DNA from: Desulfobacterales bacterium
GTDB taxonomy: Bacteria; Desulfobacterota; Desulfobacteria; Desulfobacterales; UBA5852
Direction: 5' to 3'
Assembly: GCA_963674755.2 (NCBI GenBank)
Contig: CAXXVS010000003.1
Span: 352,001-416,000 of the forward strand
Length of the DNA stretch: 64,000 bases
Positions 42,084-53,207 of the stretch are shown in pieces. Under the pieces are notes generated by a model. It searched no databases. It worked only from the letters and a program-made list of their open reading frames with translations, and was not told the origin of the DNA. Numbering within the stretch: position 1 is the stretch's first letter; every line of letters begins with the position of its first letter. Position numbers and translations under genes: made by a program.

Positions 42084-43220
42084 TCAGGGACCACATGACC
42101 TAGATGCAATAAGGGGGGTGGGATTGTCAACTTCCAAATGATGGGGGGTAATGCCTTCATCGGCCTGAATGGTCAAGGAAGGAGGTTGAAAACGGGCTTG
42201 CAGGCGCTGCTGGTTCCGGCGGCCGGCGCCCATCATGCGGGAAAGGTGGCGTAGGTGGATGCGGAGGCGGACGGGGCGCTGGCGGTCGGGATGACGGGCA
42301 AGGGCCGCTGTCGCCAGTTCGAGGAACACCCGGCTGTAAACGAGCTCCCCCAGAGCGGGATGATAAGGGCCAGCCAGCACCGTATCGTTCGAAGACAGGG
42401 TTTCCTCGGCCTGCAGGCCCATGCGGATGACCGGGATGTCGGAGGAGATGAATCGTAACAGCAGTCGGCTGACCAGGGTAATGGTTTCCGCCAGGCCCAT
42501 AGGGATAAAGTCGCCCTTGCGGAATTGTCGGGCCAGCGGGCTGCCGTCCAGCACCACGGTCGGATAGATGCGCACCGTGTCAGGCGCCAACCGGATCATG
42601 GCTTCGGCGGTCTGCGCGGCGCCCTGCAGGGTGTCGCCGGGAAGGCCGGTCATCATCTGGAGCCCTAAGGCGTAGCCGGCGGATTTGATCCGGTGTGCCG
42701 CCGCGGCGGTGCAGGCCGCGGTATGCCCACGGTAGTTGCATGCCAGCACCCGGTCGTCCATGGATTGCAGCCCCAGCTCGATGGTGGCGACAGGGAAGTC
42801 GTGGATGGCAGCCAGCGTCTGCGGCGAAATGGTGTCCGGTCGGGTGGAAAAGCGGATACCGCCCGCTTCCCCCCGGCGAACAAAGCCTGCGGCGACGGCC
42901 AGCAGGTCCTGCACCAGTCCTGTCGGCAGACCGAGAAAATTACCCCCGTAAAAGGCGATCTCCACCGGGCGCTTGGAATCGCGCACACGAGGTAGCCAGG
43001 TGCGCACCGTTTGTTCAACCGTGGCGGTCGAAAGGCGGTGGGGGGACACTCCGGTAATGGCGGTCTGATTACAAAAACTGCAGCGGTGCGGGCATCCGGA
43101 AAGGGGGATGAACACCGGGATGATGAACGGACGCAGAGGGGTGTGGCTGCCAGGCGCCAGCCCCTTGACAGCGGCCAGGGTGCGGTCGTTGACATGCCGG
43201 ATGGAAAACCATTCATTCAT
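42084..43220 (-). CDS. Elp3/YhcC-like radical SAM protein
   Basis: GCPHRCSFCNQ, AFYGGNF, IRFSTRPD, IELGLQS, GLQMMTGLPGD, RIYPT, AGPYHP. Confidence 0.88.
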   Translation of the reverse strand: MNEWFSIRHVNDRTLAAVKGLAPGSHTPLRPFIIPVFIPLSGCPHRCSFCNQTAITGVSPHRLSTATVEQTVRTWLPRVRDSKRPVEIAFYGGNFLGLPTGLVQDLLAVAAGFVRRGEAGGIRFSTRPDTISPQTLAAIHDFPVATIELGLQSMDDRVLACNYRGHTAACTAAAAHRIKSAGYALGLQMMTGLPGDTLQGAAQTAEAMIRLAPDTVRIYPTVVLDGSPLARQFRKGDFIPMGLAETITLVSRLLLRFISSDIPVIRMGLQAEETLSSNDTVLAGPYHPALGELVYSRVFLELATAALARHPDRQRPVRLRIHLRHLSRMMGAGRRNQQRLQARFQPPSLTIQADEGITPHHLEVDNPTPLIASRSCGP

Positions 43221-43953
43221 GGTCGGAGATCTGCTTCAAGGCCTCCTGGGCGGCGGCCTGCTCCGCCGCTTTCTTGCTGCGGCCGGTGCCGATGGTCTTC
43301 AGCTGCGTGAGACGCAATTCCACAACAAAGGTCTTGTCGTGGTCCGGACCGCTTTCTTCCACGACACGGTACACCGGAACAATTTTTTCCTGATTTTGGA
43401 CATGTTCCTGCAGGCGGCTTTTGAAATCGACGATGGCCTCCGGTGTTTCGACAGCGTCCAGACGGAACGCCAGGCGGCGGTCGATCACTTCGAAAGCCGC
43501 TTCGAAACCGCCGTCCAGATAGACGGCCGCCAAAATCGCCTCCAGCGTATCGGATAAAATGGACGGCTTGTCATGCCCGCCGGTCTGCGATTCGCCACGT
43601 CCTAGTCGGACGCAGTCGCCCAGATGAAGCGATCGGGCGACCTGCGCCAGATGCGTCTCGTTGACCAGGTGGGCCCGGGCGCGTGACAACTCACCCTCCG
43701 ACAAGTTCGGATTCTGTCGCATAAGCACATGGCTGACAACGAGATTCAGGACGGCATCTCCCAAAAACTCGAGCCGCTCGTTATCCCGGACATCCGCCTG
43801 GGAATGTTCGTTGACATAGGATCGATGTTGCAGCGCTTCCGCCAGGAGGTGGGGTTTGCGAAAGTGGTAGCCGAGGGTCCCTTCCAGCGCTTGTCGGCAG
43901 TCCTCTTCGGTTGTAGACACCAAATCAGTCTCCTCTTGATGGCTATTGGACAA
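43213..43953 (-). CDS. rnc: Ribonuclease III
   Basis: NERLEFLGDAVL signature; C-terminal dsRBD (GPDHDKTF, SKKAAEQAAA). Confidence 0.98.
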   Translation of the reverse strand: MSNSHQEETDLVSTTEEDCRQALEGTLGYHFRKPHLLAEALQHRSYVNEHSQADVRDNERLEFLGDAVLNLVVSHVLMRQNPNLSEGELSRARAHLVNETHLAQVARSLHLGDCVRLGRGESQTGGHDKPSILSDTLEAILAAVYLDGGFEAAFEVIDRRLAFRLDAVETPEAIVDFKSRLQEHVQNQEKIVPVYRVVEESGPDHDKTFVVELRLTQLKTIGTGRSKKAAEQAAAQEALKQISDHE

Positions 43954-43958
43954 ATGCC

Positions 43959-44831
43959 CTAAAGGCGGGCGACCAGTTGTTCATAAACATCAAAAGGCAC
44001 CTGAAAGCCGCCGTTCGCAGACCCCATTTCAATGTCCGGTTTGATGGCTCCGTGAAAGTCGGTACCGCCGGAGACCAGCAGACCATGCTGTTCCGCCAGC
44101 GCTATAAATTGTTGGGTTTGAGCGGCGGAATGCTCCGGATAATAGGCTTCCAGACCCAAGAGGCCAAAGGACTGCAGTTCGGCGAACAGGTCTGCCAACT
44201 GCCAGTTGCCGATCGGATGGATCAGGGCGGGGTGAGCCAGGACTGGAATACCGCCGGCCTGACGGATCAACTGAAGGGCGTCGCGGATTTCAATGCGGTA
44301 TTTGTCCACGTAGGCTGGAGCGTCGTTGCCGATAAAACGCTCAAAGGCCTCGTCAAAAGAGGCTACGACGCCCTTTTCCAATAAGCGCCGGGCAATATGG
44401 GGGCGGCCGGTTTGCTGTAAGGGATCACCGGACGCCAGTTCTTCCATCGTAATGTTGATGCCCAGATCTTGCAGCTTGGCGATAATGCGTGGGTTGCGAT
44501 TGCGGCGGGCGTCCTGGAGCTTTTGAAGCTGACGGTCAAGGGCCGCGTCGTCCGGCCGGAAGCCATAGCCCAATAGATGCAGGCTTCCCCGGCAGGGAAA
44601 TTCAGACGGCGCCTCGGTGCTCACCTCAACACCGGTTAGAAGGCGCAACTCTTGTGGGATGCCGTTTTGCAGAATTTGCTGGACGCCATCCACCGTATCA
44701 TGGTCGGTGATGGCAATGGCCGCCAATCCGAGGCGGCAGGCCCGTGCGATAATTTCTTCTGGCGTCAGCGTGCCGTCGGAGGCGGTGGAATGAATGTGGA
44801 GATCGATACTCGGATGCGGGTTATAACCCAA
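43959..44831 (-). CDS. PHP domain phosphoesterase (YciV/TrpH-like)
   Basis: DLHIHSTASDG, ITDHDT, GRPH, LAHP, GGTDFHG. Confidence 0.92.
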   Translation of the reverse strand: MGYNPHPSIDLHIHSTASDGTLTPEEIIARACRLGLAAIAITDHDTVDGVQQILQNGIPQELRLLTGVEVSTEAPSEFPCRGSLHLLGYGFRPDDAALDRQLQKLQDARRNRNPRIIAKLQDLGINITMEELASGDPLQQTGRPHIARRLLEKGVVASFDEAFERFIGNDAPAYVDKYRIEIRDALQLIRQAGGIPVLAHPALIHPIGNWQLADLFAELQSFGLLGLEAYYPEHSAAQTQQFIALAEQHGLLVSGGTDFHGAIKPDIEMGSANGGFQVPFDVYEQLVARL

Positions 44832-45183
44832 GGGCTTTTTCTTGTGCCTCTTCCTTGGTTTTACAGTCGATGCATTGGGTCGTCACTGGCCGTGCTTTGA
44901 GCCGCTTGATGGAGATTTCCTCGCCGCAGGTATCACAGATGCCGAAAGTGCCGTTTTCGATGCGATCCAACGCTTTTTTAATTTTTTTGATCAATTTGTG
45001 TTCCCGGTCCCGGATGCGCAACATGAAGTTACGGTCCGCCTCCAGGGAGGCACGGTCCGTGGGATCGGGGAAATTTTCCTTTTGGGAGGTCATGCCGGAA
45101 ACCGTATTGTCCGCCTGGCTGAGCAATTCTTCCAGTCGTTCCGACAAAAGTGTTTTAAAAAATTCAAGATCTTTCTTTTTCAT
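44821..45183 (-). CDS. dksA: RNA polymerase-binding protein DksA
   Basis: DPTDRA (DxxDxA) tip; CDTC...CIDC zinc finger. Confidence 0.96.
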   Translation of the reverse strand: MKKKDLEFFKTLLSERLEELLSQADNTVSGMTSQKENFPDPTDRASLEADRNFMLRIRDREHKLIKKIKKALDRIENGTFGICDTCGEEISIKRLKARPVTTQCIDCKTKEEAQEKALGL

Positions 45184-45346
45184 AAGGCAACCCTTATCAT
45201 TATTAGATTGATCCTAGAATAGAAAGATGAAACGATTAACACAAGCCCTTTTTTATGTAAAGGATTACCTGCTACTCTAAATCATATAGCCGAAAATTTT
45301 CCGAAACAACCCCGGGCGGACAAAAGCGGCAAAGGAGTGTCCCGCG

Positions 45347-46012
45347 ATGGAACAACTGGATCACATCGTGCGCATCATCGCATTGAGCATGGGGGCCGCC
45401 TGGGCCAGCGGCATCAACCTGTATGCGGCCATCCTTACATTGGGATTTTTGGGCGCTACCGGCCAAATGGCCCTGCCGGCCGACCTTCAGATTCTTACCG
45501 CGCCCATCGTCATGATGGCCGCCGCGGTGATGTTTTGCATCGAATTTTTTGCCGATAAAGTGCCCGGCATGGACACGGGCTGGGACGCGATTCACAGTTT
45601 TATTCGGATTCCCGGGGGCGCCCTGCTCGCGGCCGGTGCCGTGGGGGACGTGAATCCGGCGGTTATGATTGCCGCCGGTATTTTGGGCGGTGGTTTAGCG
45701 GCCGGCACCCACGCAGCCAAAGCCGGCAGCCGCGTTCTGATCAACACCTCGCCCGAACCGTTTACCAACTGGATTGCCTCCCTGGGCGAGGATGTTACGG
45801 TGATTGCCGGTGTTTGGGCGGCCCTGGTTCATCCCTGGTTTTTTCTGGCCTGTCTATCGGTTTTTATTGTGTTGTTGATTTGGCTGCTGCCCAAATTGTG
45901 GCGGGGTATCAAAGCGGTCTTTACGAAACTGGCCTCCCTGTTCAAGCAAACGGGGGCCCGTGCCGCGCCTGCGGGTGCAGGGGATGATCCCGTGGCCTCC
46001 GATCGTCCCTGA
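45347..46012 (+). CDS. DUF4126 family membrane protein
   Basis: WASGINLYA, EFFADKVPG, WDAIHSFIR, INTSPEPFTNW..S..ED. Confidence 0.85.
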   Translation: MEQLDHIVRIIALSMGAAWASGINLYAAILTLGFLGATGQMALPADLQILTAPIVMMAAAVMFCIEFFADKVPGMDTGWDAIHSFIRIPGGALLAAGAVGDVNPAVMIAAGILGGGLAAGTHAAKAGSRVLINTSPEPFTNWIASLGEDVTVIAGVWAALVHPWFFLACLSVFIVLLIWLLPKLWRGIKAVFTKLASLFKQTGARAAPAGAGDDPVASDRP

Positions 46013-46072
46013 AGCAACCTTTGGGAGAAGGGCCGGTTGCATTCAAGAATCATTTGGCGTAAAAGGGATTGC

Positions 46073-46250
46073 GTTGTCGCGGTGCCCCTTGCTTGACGGG
46101 GGGTGAAAAGGGAATACGGTGAAAATCCGTAGCGTTGGACCGGCGCTGTAAGCAGGGACCGGCATTGCAAGCGGCCACTGCCCGAATTTCATAGGGCGGG
46201 AAGGCGCGGTGCCTGGGATGATCTGCAAGTCAGAAGACCTGCCCGGCAAC
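46073..46250 (+). ncRNA. Cobalamin riboswitch
   Basis: GGTGC...AAAAGGGAATACGGTGAAAATCCG...GCTGTAA...GCCACTG...GGGAAGGC...AAGTCAGAAGACCTGCC (B12 box); P1 GTTGTCG/CGGCAAC; upstream of cobT. Confidence 0.93.
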
Positions 46251-46287
46251 CTCACAAATGATAAGGAATGATGGTGTCCGCTGATTT

Positions 46288-46326
46288 CCGTGTATCGCAC
46301 CTCGGTGCGATGCACGGTTTTTTTTT
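46288..46326 (+). terminator. Riboswitch expression-platform terminator
   Basis: CCGTGTATCGCACC-TC-GGTGCGATGCACGG followed by 9 T. Confidence 0.85.
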
Positions 46327-46446
46327 GGAGGCGCGGATTAAGCGCCCTCCCACGGTCCGCGCACCGCGTCCCCTCGGGTTGGGGACCCGGTGCGACAGCG
46401 GGTTGCCGTCTTGTTTTCATCCAGGCCTAAACAATAAGGAGATGTC

Positions 46447-47508
46447 ATGAAACGCCTACAAGCCGCCCTCGACCGAATTCAACCACCGAATAGCGAATGG
46501 CAACAGCGTGCCCACGAACGCCTGCGCCAGCAGGCCCGACCCGCCGGCAGCCTGGGGATCCTGGAAGACGTGGGCGCCCGTCTGGCCGGCATCGCAGGCA
46601 CGCTGGACGTGCATCTCAACCGCAAAGTCATCGTGACCTGCGCCGGGGATCACGGCGTCTGTGCCGAGGGTGTAAGCCTTTTCCCGTCTGAGGTCACCCC
46701 CCAGATGGTCTATAATTTTGTCCATGGAGGGGCGTCCATCAATGTGCTGGCGCGCCACGCCGGAGCCGAAGTTAAAGTGGCCGATCTCGGCGTGAACTGG
46801 GATTTCGAACCGGACCTGCCCATTTTCCACACAAAGGTTGGCAAGGGGACCGCCAATTTTGCACGGGGGCCGGCCATGAGCCGGGATGAGGCCATCCAGA
46901 GCATCGAAGCCGGCATTGGCATCATCGAAGAACTGCACGCCGAAGCGCGCGTCGATCTTCTCGGGACCGGTGACATGGGCATCGGCAACACCACGCCGTC
47001 CACCGCCATCATTGCGGCTTTTTCAGGCCTGCCGGTGGATCAACTCACCGGGCGGGGCACCGGCATCGACGACGGCGCCCTGCAGCACAAGGTAGCGGTC
47101 ATCAAAAAGGGACTGGCCCTTAATCGGCCCGATCCGCGGGATGCCCTGGATGTGCTCGCCAAGGTGGGGGGATTCGAAATCGGGGGCTTGGCAGGACTGG
47201 TGATCGGTGCCGCCGCCAACGGCGTGCCGGTGGTCTGCGACGGATTCATCGCCACCGCCGGTGCCCTGGTGGCTTGCGAACTGGCCCCGACGGCCCGGGA
47301 TTATCTGTTCACCAGCCATAATTCCGTCGAAATCGGCCATCGCTACATGCTCAGCCGGCTGGATCGGGAACCGCTGCTGGATCTCAAATTCAGGCTGGGG
47401 GAGGGCACTGGTGCCGCGGCGGCGATGGAATTGATGGACATGGCCACCCGCATTCTGGCGGACATCAAAACGTTCGAGGAAGTGGCCATCCAGGATGCCC
47501 AGGGTTGA
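46447..47508 (+). CDS. cobT: Nicotinate-nucleotide--dimethylbenzimidazole phosphoribosyltransferase
   Basis: PAGSLG, AGDHGV, GDMGIGNTT, GGFEI, DGFI, RLGEGTGA. Confidence 0.96.
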   Translation: MKRLQAALDRIQPPNSEWQQRAHERLRQQARPAGSLGILEDVGARLAGIAGTLDVHLNRKVIVTCAGDHGVCAEGVSLFPSEVTPQMVYNFVHGGASINVLARHAGAEVKVADLGVNWDFEPDLPIFHTKVGKGTANFARGPAMSRDEAIQSIEAGIGIIEELHAEARVDLLGTGDMGIGNTTPSTAIIAAFSGLPVDQLTGRGTGIDDGALQHKVAVIKKGLALNRPDPRDALDVLAKVGGFEIGGLAGLVIGAAANGVPVVCDGFIATAGALVACELAPTARDYLFTSHNSVEIGHRYMLSRLDREPLLDLKFRLGEGTGAAAAMELMDMATRILADIKTFEEVAIQDAQG

Positions 47509-47532
47509 ACGTTTTTTAAGGGGAGGGTTTTC

Positions 47533-48519
47533 TCAGATCCCCACTTCGCCGGCAAAATGGCAGGCGGCCTGGTGGCCGTCGCGCACCTCCCGCAACGCCG
47601 GTTCCTGCTCCGCGCAGATCTCCCGGGCATAGTGGCAGCGGGTATGGAAGCGGCAACCCGGGGGGGGATTGATCGGGCTGGGGACATCGCCTTTGAGGAG
47701 GATGCGGTTTTGCTTCTTTTGGGGGTCCGGCATGGGCGATGCACTCAGCAGCGCCTGGGTATACGGGTGCAGGGGCGTGCGGTAAACGGCCTGGCTGGCA
47801 GCGATTTCCACGATCTTGCCGAGGTACATGACGGCCACCCGGTCGCTGATATATTCCACCACATGCAGATCGTGTGAAATGAACAGATAGGTCAGACCGA
47901 ATTCGTTTTGCAGATCCTTGAGCAGGTTGATGACCTGGGCTTGGATGGAAACGTCCAGCGCTGATACGGCCTCGTCGCAGACCACGAGATCCGGGTTCAG
48001 GGCCAGAGCCCGGGCGACGCCGATACGCTGCCGCTGACCGCCGGAGAACATGTGGGGGTAGCGGCGCATGTGTTCCTTGCTGAGCCCCACCACCTCGAGC
48101 AGTTCCAGGACGCGCGCCTCGCGTTCCCGGCGGCTTTTCATCCCGTGGATCAAAAGCGGTTCGCCAACAATGGAGGCCACAGGCTTGCGGGGGTTCAGGG
48201 AAGAAAACGGGTCCTGAAAGATGATCTGCATTTTTTGGCGCAACGCCCGAATTTGCTGGGCATCGTAAGTGAGAATATTGTCGCCGTCAAACCACACCTC
48301 ACCTGCGGTGGGCTCCTCCAGGCGCATGATGGCCCGGCCGAAAGTGGACTTGCCGCAACCCGATTCCCCCACCAGCCCCAGGGTTTCCCCCTTGCAGATG
48401 CTCAGGCTGATGTTGTCCACGGCCTTGACCGCGGCGATTTCTTTCATAAATACGCCCCCGCGGATCGGATAATATTTGATCAGGCGGCGGGCGTCCAGCA
48501 GGGGCTTCGTATCAGGCAT
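47533..48519 (-). CDS. dppF: Dipeptide/oligopeptide ABC ATPase
   Basis: [37 protein letters not shown]. Confidence 0.92.
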   Translation of the reverse strand: MPDTKPLLDARRLIKYYPIRGGVFMKEIAAVKAVDNISLSICKGETLGLVGESGCGKSTFGRAIMRLEEPTAGEVWFDGDNILTYDAQQIRALRQKMQIIFQDPFSSLNPRKPVASIVGEPLLIHGMKSRREREARVLELLEVVGLSKEHMRRYPHMFSGGQRQRIGVARALALNPDLVVCDEAVSALDVSIQAQVINLLKDLQNEFGLTYLFISHDLHVVEYISDRVAVMYLGKIVEIAASQAVYRTPLHPYTQALLSASPMPDPQKKQNRILLKGDVPSPINPPPGCRFHTRCHYAREICAEQEPALREVRDGHQAACHFAGEVGI

Positions 48520-49495
48520 ATTTCAGACACCGTGCCATATGGTTTGGGCCGACCGAATACATTTGCGGCTCGATCCGGCGGCAGTCGTCAAAAACATCGG
48601 GGCAGCGATCGCTGAACAGGCAGCCTTGCGGCAGGTCGAACAAGGACGGTACGACGCCCTTGATGGTGCTCAAACGCCCCTCGGCCGTTTTTTGCCCCAG
48701 AACGGGGATCGACTCCAGCAGACCGATGGTATACGGGTGTTTGGGCGTGGCGAAAAGCGTCTCGACATCCGTGTATTCCACCATGCGGCCGGCATACATC
48801 ACGGCCACGTGCTGGGCCATTTCGGCGATGACCCCCAAATCGTGGGTAATGAACAGGATCGAGGCCCCGGTATCGGCTTTGAGCTTGTTCATGAGGTCCA
48901 GGATCTGGGCCTGAATGGTCACATCCAGGGCCGTGGTGGGTTCGTCGGCGATCATCAGGCGTGGATTGCAGGCCAGCGCCATGGCGATCATGACCCGCTG
49001 GCGCATCCCGCCGCTCATCTGGTGGGGGTAGTCATCCAGGCGGGTTTCCGGGGCCGGGATCCCGACCTGTTTGAAGATATCCAGCACACGGCGGCGGGTT
49101 TCCGGCCGGGATAATTTCCGGTGCAGACGCAGCACTTCCCCCACCTGATCGCCCACCGTGAAAACGGGGTTCAGCGATGTCATGGGCTCCTGAAAGATCA
49201 TCGAGATGCGGTTGCCCCGAATTTTGCGCATCTCGGCTTTCGGGAGACGGAGCAGGTCTTTACCGTCGAACCAGATGCGGCCGTCCACGATTTTTCCGGG
49301 GGGCTCCGGAATCAGCTGGATGATGGAATGGGCGGTGACGCTTTTGCCGCAGCCCGACTCCCCCACCAGACCCAGGGTTTCACCCGGCTGAATGGCGAGG
49401 CTGACATCGTCGACGGCCCGGGCGACACGCCCCCTGACATAAAAATAGGTCTTGAGGTTTTCGATGTTCAGAAGGGGGGCTGCGTTCATGTCCAT
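48512..49495 (-). CDS. dppD: Dipeptide/oligopeptide ABC ATPase
   Basis: [26 protein letters not shown]. Confidence 0.92.
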   Translation of the reverse strand: MDMNAAPLLNIENLKTYFYVRGRVARAVDDVSLAIQPGETLGLVGESGCGKSVTAHSIIQLIPEPPGKIVDGRIWFDGKDLLRLPKAEMRKIRGNRISMIFQEPMTSLNPVFTVGDQVGEVLRLHRKLSRPETRRRVLDIFKQVGIPAPETRLDDYPHQMSGGMRQRVMIAMALACNPRLMIADEPTTALDVTIQAQILDLMNKLKADTGASILFITHDLGVIAEMAQHVAVMYAGRMVEYTDVETLFATPKHPYTIGLLESIPVLGQKTAEGRLSTIKGVVPSLFDLPQGCLFSDRCPDVFDDCRRIEPQMYSVGPNHMARCLKYA

Positions 49496-49500
49496 CCCGT

Positions 49501-50385
49501 TTAGTCCCGCAATCTCGGATCCAGGGCGTCCCGCAGCCCGTCACCCAGCAGGTTGAAGCCCAATACCGCCAACAGAATCGCGATGCCCGGGAAGGTCATG
49601 ACCCAGGAGGCGCGCAGAATCAAGGCCCGGCTGCGGGCAATCATGCCTCCCCATTCAGGGGTGGGCGGCTGGGCGCCGAGGCCCAGGAAGCTCAGGGCGG
49701 CCGCGTCCAGAATGGCCGATGCCATGCTCAGGGTGGTCTGAACGATAAGCGGACCCAGACAATTGGGCAGGATGCCGATGAAAATAATGCGCCAGTCCCG
49801 GGCGCCCACCGCGCGGGCCGCCATGACGTAATCCTTTTCGCATTCCTCCAACACGCTGCCGCGCACAATGCGGGCAAAGCGGGGCACGTAAGTGACACCG
49901 ATCGCCATCATGGCGTTCTGCAGGCTGGGGCCGAGAAAGGCCACCACCACGATGGCCAGAAGCAGATAGGGAAAGGCCAGGATCATGTCCATGATGCGCA
50001 TGATCAGGCTGTCCCAAAACCCCTTGTAGTAGCCGGAGATACAGCCCAGGAAAGTGCCCAAGGTAAAAGCGATCCCGACACTGACGATGGCCACCGTGAG
50101 GGACACCCGGGCGCCGTAAATGATGCGTGACAGCGTATCCCGCCCCAGCTCATCCGTTCCCAGAATATTTTCCCATTTGCCGGTTTCATGCCAGACGGGC
50201 GGCTTGAGCTGGTCGTACAGGGAGGTTTCTACAGGGTTGTGGGGGCTGAGAAACGGCGCGAAAATCGCCATCAGGATAAATGCCGTAACGATGATCAGTC
50301 CTGCAATGGCGGTCTTGTTGCGCCAGAGCTGACTGATCTGCTCGAAAAACGGGTGGCGATCATATGGATTTTTAGGTTTCGCCAT
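49501..50385 (-). CDS. dppC: Dipeptide/oligopeptide ABC permease
   Basis: [40 protein letters not shown]. Confidence 0.92.
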   Translation of the reverse strand: MAKPKNPYDRHPFFEQISQLWRNKTAIAGLIIVTAFILMAIFAPFLSPHNPVETSLYDQLKPPVWHETGKWENILGTDELGRDTLSRIIYGARVSLTVAIVSVGIAFTLGTFLGCISGYYKGFWDSLIMRIMDMILAFPYLLLAIVVVAFLGPSLQNAMMAIGVTYVPRFARIVRGSVLEECEKDYVMAARAVGARDWRIIFIGILPNCLGPLIVQTTLSMASAILDAAALSFLGLGAQPPTPEWGGMIARSRALILRASWVMTFPGIAILLAVLGFNLLGDGLRDALDPRLRD

Positions 50386-50431
50386 AGTGCAATCTTATCG
50401 TAGGCCGTGTATCAGCCATACCTCCGGTCGC

Positions 50432-51436
50432 CTACTGGATGCTGATCCGCGGGTTGATCACCGCGTAGAGAACATCCACGAAAAGGTTGATGACCACGAA
50501 GAGACCGGCAATCAAAAGGGTGCCGCCCTGAATTACCATATAATCGCGCTGCATGACGGCATCGTACATCCACTTGCCGACCCCGGGCCAGGCAAAGATC
50601 GTTTCCGTCAGGATGGCCCCGCCCAGCAGGACCCCGAACTGCAGGCCGATGGTGGTGACAACCGGTATCATGGCGTTGCGCAGGGCATGCTTGAAAATCA
50701 CGGCGAGCTGCGAGAGTCCCTTGGCCTTGGCGGTTTTGATGTAGTCCTGGCGCAGCACATCCAGCATGGCCGAGCGGGTCATGCGGGCCACGATGGCGGT
50801 CGGAATGGTGCTCAAGGTCACCGCCGGCATGATGATGTGCCAGACCGCATCTTTGAAGGCCGGCCAGTTGCGGGTGATGACGGCATCCAGAATATAAAAA
50901 TTGGTGATCACGTCAAGATCGATGCCGATGCTCAGACGGCCGGACAGGGGCAGCCAGCCCAGGTTAAGGGAGAAGATCAGCATGAAAACCAGCCCCAGCC
51001 AGAAAATAGGCATGCTGACTCCGGCCAGGGCGCCGACCATACTGACATAGTCGAACACCGAATACTGCTTGGTGGCCGATATGATGCCCAGGATCATGCC
51101 GGCTACGCAGCTGATAAAAAGGGCCACCAACGATAATTCGATGGTGGCCGGGAAGCGTTGCTTGACCTCGGTCCAGACCTTCTGACGGGTCCAGATGGTT
51201 TCCCCCAAATCGCCCTTGAGCAGACGCCCCATAAACATGCCGTACTGCACATAGAGCGGTTCGTTGAGTCCCAGATGCTCCCGCAACTGCTGCAGGGACT
51301 CTTCGGTGGCGCGCTCACCCATCAGCAGCTCGGCCGGATCCCCGGGCGTGGCGTGCAGCATCAGAAAAACGATGATGGTGACGCCCAACAGGGTGGGGAT
51401 CATGATCATGATGCGTCGGAGGATATAGGCTAGCAT
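50432..51436 (-). CDS. dppB: Dipeptide/oligopeptide ABC permease
   Basis: PGDPA, RFPATIEL, DYIKTAKAKG, HALRNA, ETIFAWPG. Confidence 0.92.
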   Translation of the reverse strand: MLAYILRRIMIMIPTLLGVTIIVFLMLHATPGDPAELLMGERATEESLQQLREHLGLNEPLYVQYGMFMGRLLKGDLGETIWTRQKVWTEVKQRFPATIELSLVALFISCVAGMILGIISATKQYSVFDYVSMVGALAGVSMPIFWLGLVFMLIFSLNLGWLPLSGRLSIGIDLDVITNFYILDAVITRNWPAFKDAVWHIIMPAVTLSTIPTAIVARMTRSAMLDVLRQDYIKTAKAKGLSQLAVIFKHALRNAMIPVVTTIGLQFGVLLGGAILTETIFAWPGVGKWMYDAVMQRDYMVIQGGTLLIAGLFVVINLFVDVLYAVINPRISIQ

Positions 51437-51520
51437 AATCCGATCGATTTCGAAAAAGGGTCGAACGGGAGGACGATCAGTTGATGGCCCCCCCGTTCAT
51501 CTGCCGTTATTCAGACGATT

Positions 51521-53131
51521 TTACTTCAACCATACGTTTTTCAGCCGCACCGATGACGTGGGATGCAGCAGGAAGTTGTGGACCGACTTCTGGGCCGGCC
51601 AGATGACGGTGGAGTGCGCTATCGCGATGGCCGGACATTCGTCGAAGAAGATCTGCTCCGCTTGCCGATAGATCTTATCGCGCTTGTCCTGATCGATGGT
51701 TTCGCGACCCTTGACCATCAGGTCGTGGTATGCGTCGTTGATCCACTGGGTTCGGATGGCAGTGGAAGCCTTGCCGTCGAACAGGACTGCCAGGAAGTTG
51801 TCCGGGTCACCGTTGTCGCCGGTCCATCCCAGCTGGAAGAGATCCATGTCTTCCGGTTGTTCGCGCTGGCGTTTGAGGTAGGTGCCCCATTCATAGGTCA
51901 CTACCTTGGCCGTGATGCCCACTTTGGCCAGGTCGGCCGCCATGGCCTCGCCGATTTTCACGCCGTCGGGGTTGTAGGGACGGGGCACCGGCATGGACCA
52001 CAGGTTGATCTCGCCCAGGCCCTTGCCGTCGGGATAGCCGGCTTCCGTCAAAAGCTTCTTGGCCAAGGCGGGATCATAGCTATAACCCGGGATTCGCTCG
52101 TTGAAGCCCCACATGGTGGGCGGAATGGGGTTCTTGGCCACCTGGCCCATGCCCTGATACAAATTGTCCACGATGGCCTGGCGGTTGAGGGCGTGCGCGA
52201 TGGCCTTGCGCAGCTTGACGTTGCTCTTCCAGGGCTCTTTTGTATGGTTGAAAGACAGGTAGCCGATGTTCATACCGGGCTGGGTGGGCAGAATAAGGTT
52301 GGCGTCCTTTTTGGCCAGGGCGATGTCCTGGGGGTTGGGGAACTGGCAGATGTGGATGTTGCCGGTTTTCAGCTCCAGGAAACGAACCGAGTTTTCGGGG
52401 ATGGAGCGGAAAATCACCTTGTCCAGATAGGGACCGCCGGTTTTGTCCCAGTAGCCGTCGAACTTTTCAAGGGTAATACGGTCATCCTTGATCCAGTTGA
52501 CGAACTTGAACGGGCCGGTGCCCACCGGGTTGCGCAGGAATTCCTTGGGATTTTCCAAGAAGGCCGTGGGGCTGATGATGTCGGCGAAGTCCATGCCCAG
52601 ATTGGCCAGGAAGGGGGCATTGACCTGTTTCAGTTTGAAGACCACGGTGTAATCGTCGACCGCCTCGATGCTGCCCACGATGTCGTCCATTTCCATGGAG
52701 ACCCAGTACTCCGGGGGGCGTTCCTGGGCCGGGATCTCATAACCGGCCCCCACAAATTTGACCTGGCGGTCTTTCATCATGCGGCCGATAGAGAACACTA
52801 CCGCATTGGCGTTGAAATCGGTGCCGTCATGAAACTTAACGCCCTTGCGCAGATGAAACGTGTAAGTTTTGCCGTCCGGGGAAATGTCCCAGGATTCGGC
52901 CAGCCCGGGTTCCAAGGCGGTGGATTCATCCGCATAGAAGATCAGGGCTTCGAAAACGTTGTCGCAAACCATGAAGGAGTTGCCGTCGGTTTCATAGGCC
53001 GGGTCCAGCCCGACGCTGTCGCCGCCGCGGCCGAAAACCAGGGTTCCTCCTTTTTGCGGGGTCGCGGCCATGGCCGTTCCGGCCAATACCAAAGCCAGAA
53101 TACAAAGCACCACCCAAAGCGTCCTTCTCAT
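51521..53131 (-). CDS. dppA: Dipeptide ABC substrate-binding protein
   Basis: Signal peptide; LAESWDISPDGKTYTFHLRKGVKFHDG, PVGTGPF, GWTGDNGDPDNF; ATG 53131 with GGAGG. Confidence 0.92.
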   Translation of the reverse strand: MRRTLWVVLCILALVLAGTAMAATPQKGGTLVFGRGGDSVGLDPAYETDGNSFMVCDNVFEALIFYADESTALEPGLAESWDISPDGKTYTFHLRKGVKFHDGTDFNANAVVFSIGRMMKDRQVKFVGAGYEIPAQERPPEYWVSMEMDDIVGSIEAVDDYTVVFKLKQVNAPFLANLGMDFADIISPTAFLENPKEFLRNPVGTGPFKFVNWIKDDRITLEKFDGYWDKTGGPYLDKVIFRSIPENSVRFLELKTGNIHICQFPNPQDIALAKKDANLILPTQPGMNIGYLSFNHTKEPWKSNVKLRKAIAHALNRQAIVDNLYQGMGQVAKNPIPPTMWGFNERIPGYSYDPALAKKLLTEAGYPDGKGLGEINLWSMPVPRPYNPDGVKIGEAMAADLAKVGITAKVVTYEWGTYLKRQREQPEDMDLFQLGWTGDNGDPDNFLAVLFDGKASTAIRTQWINDAYHDLMVKGRETIDQDKRDKIYRQAEQIFFDECPAIAIAHSTVIWPAQKSVHNFLLHPTSSVRLKNVWLK

Positions 53132-53207
53132 GTGTTCCTCCTTTCGCTGATGAAACAGATATGTCATCCCAAACCGCCAACAGCAAATACTGCTGAAAAA
53201 GCGTTAG

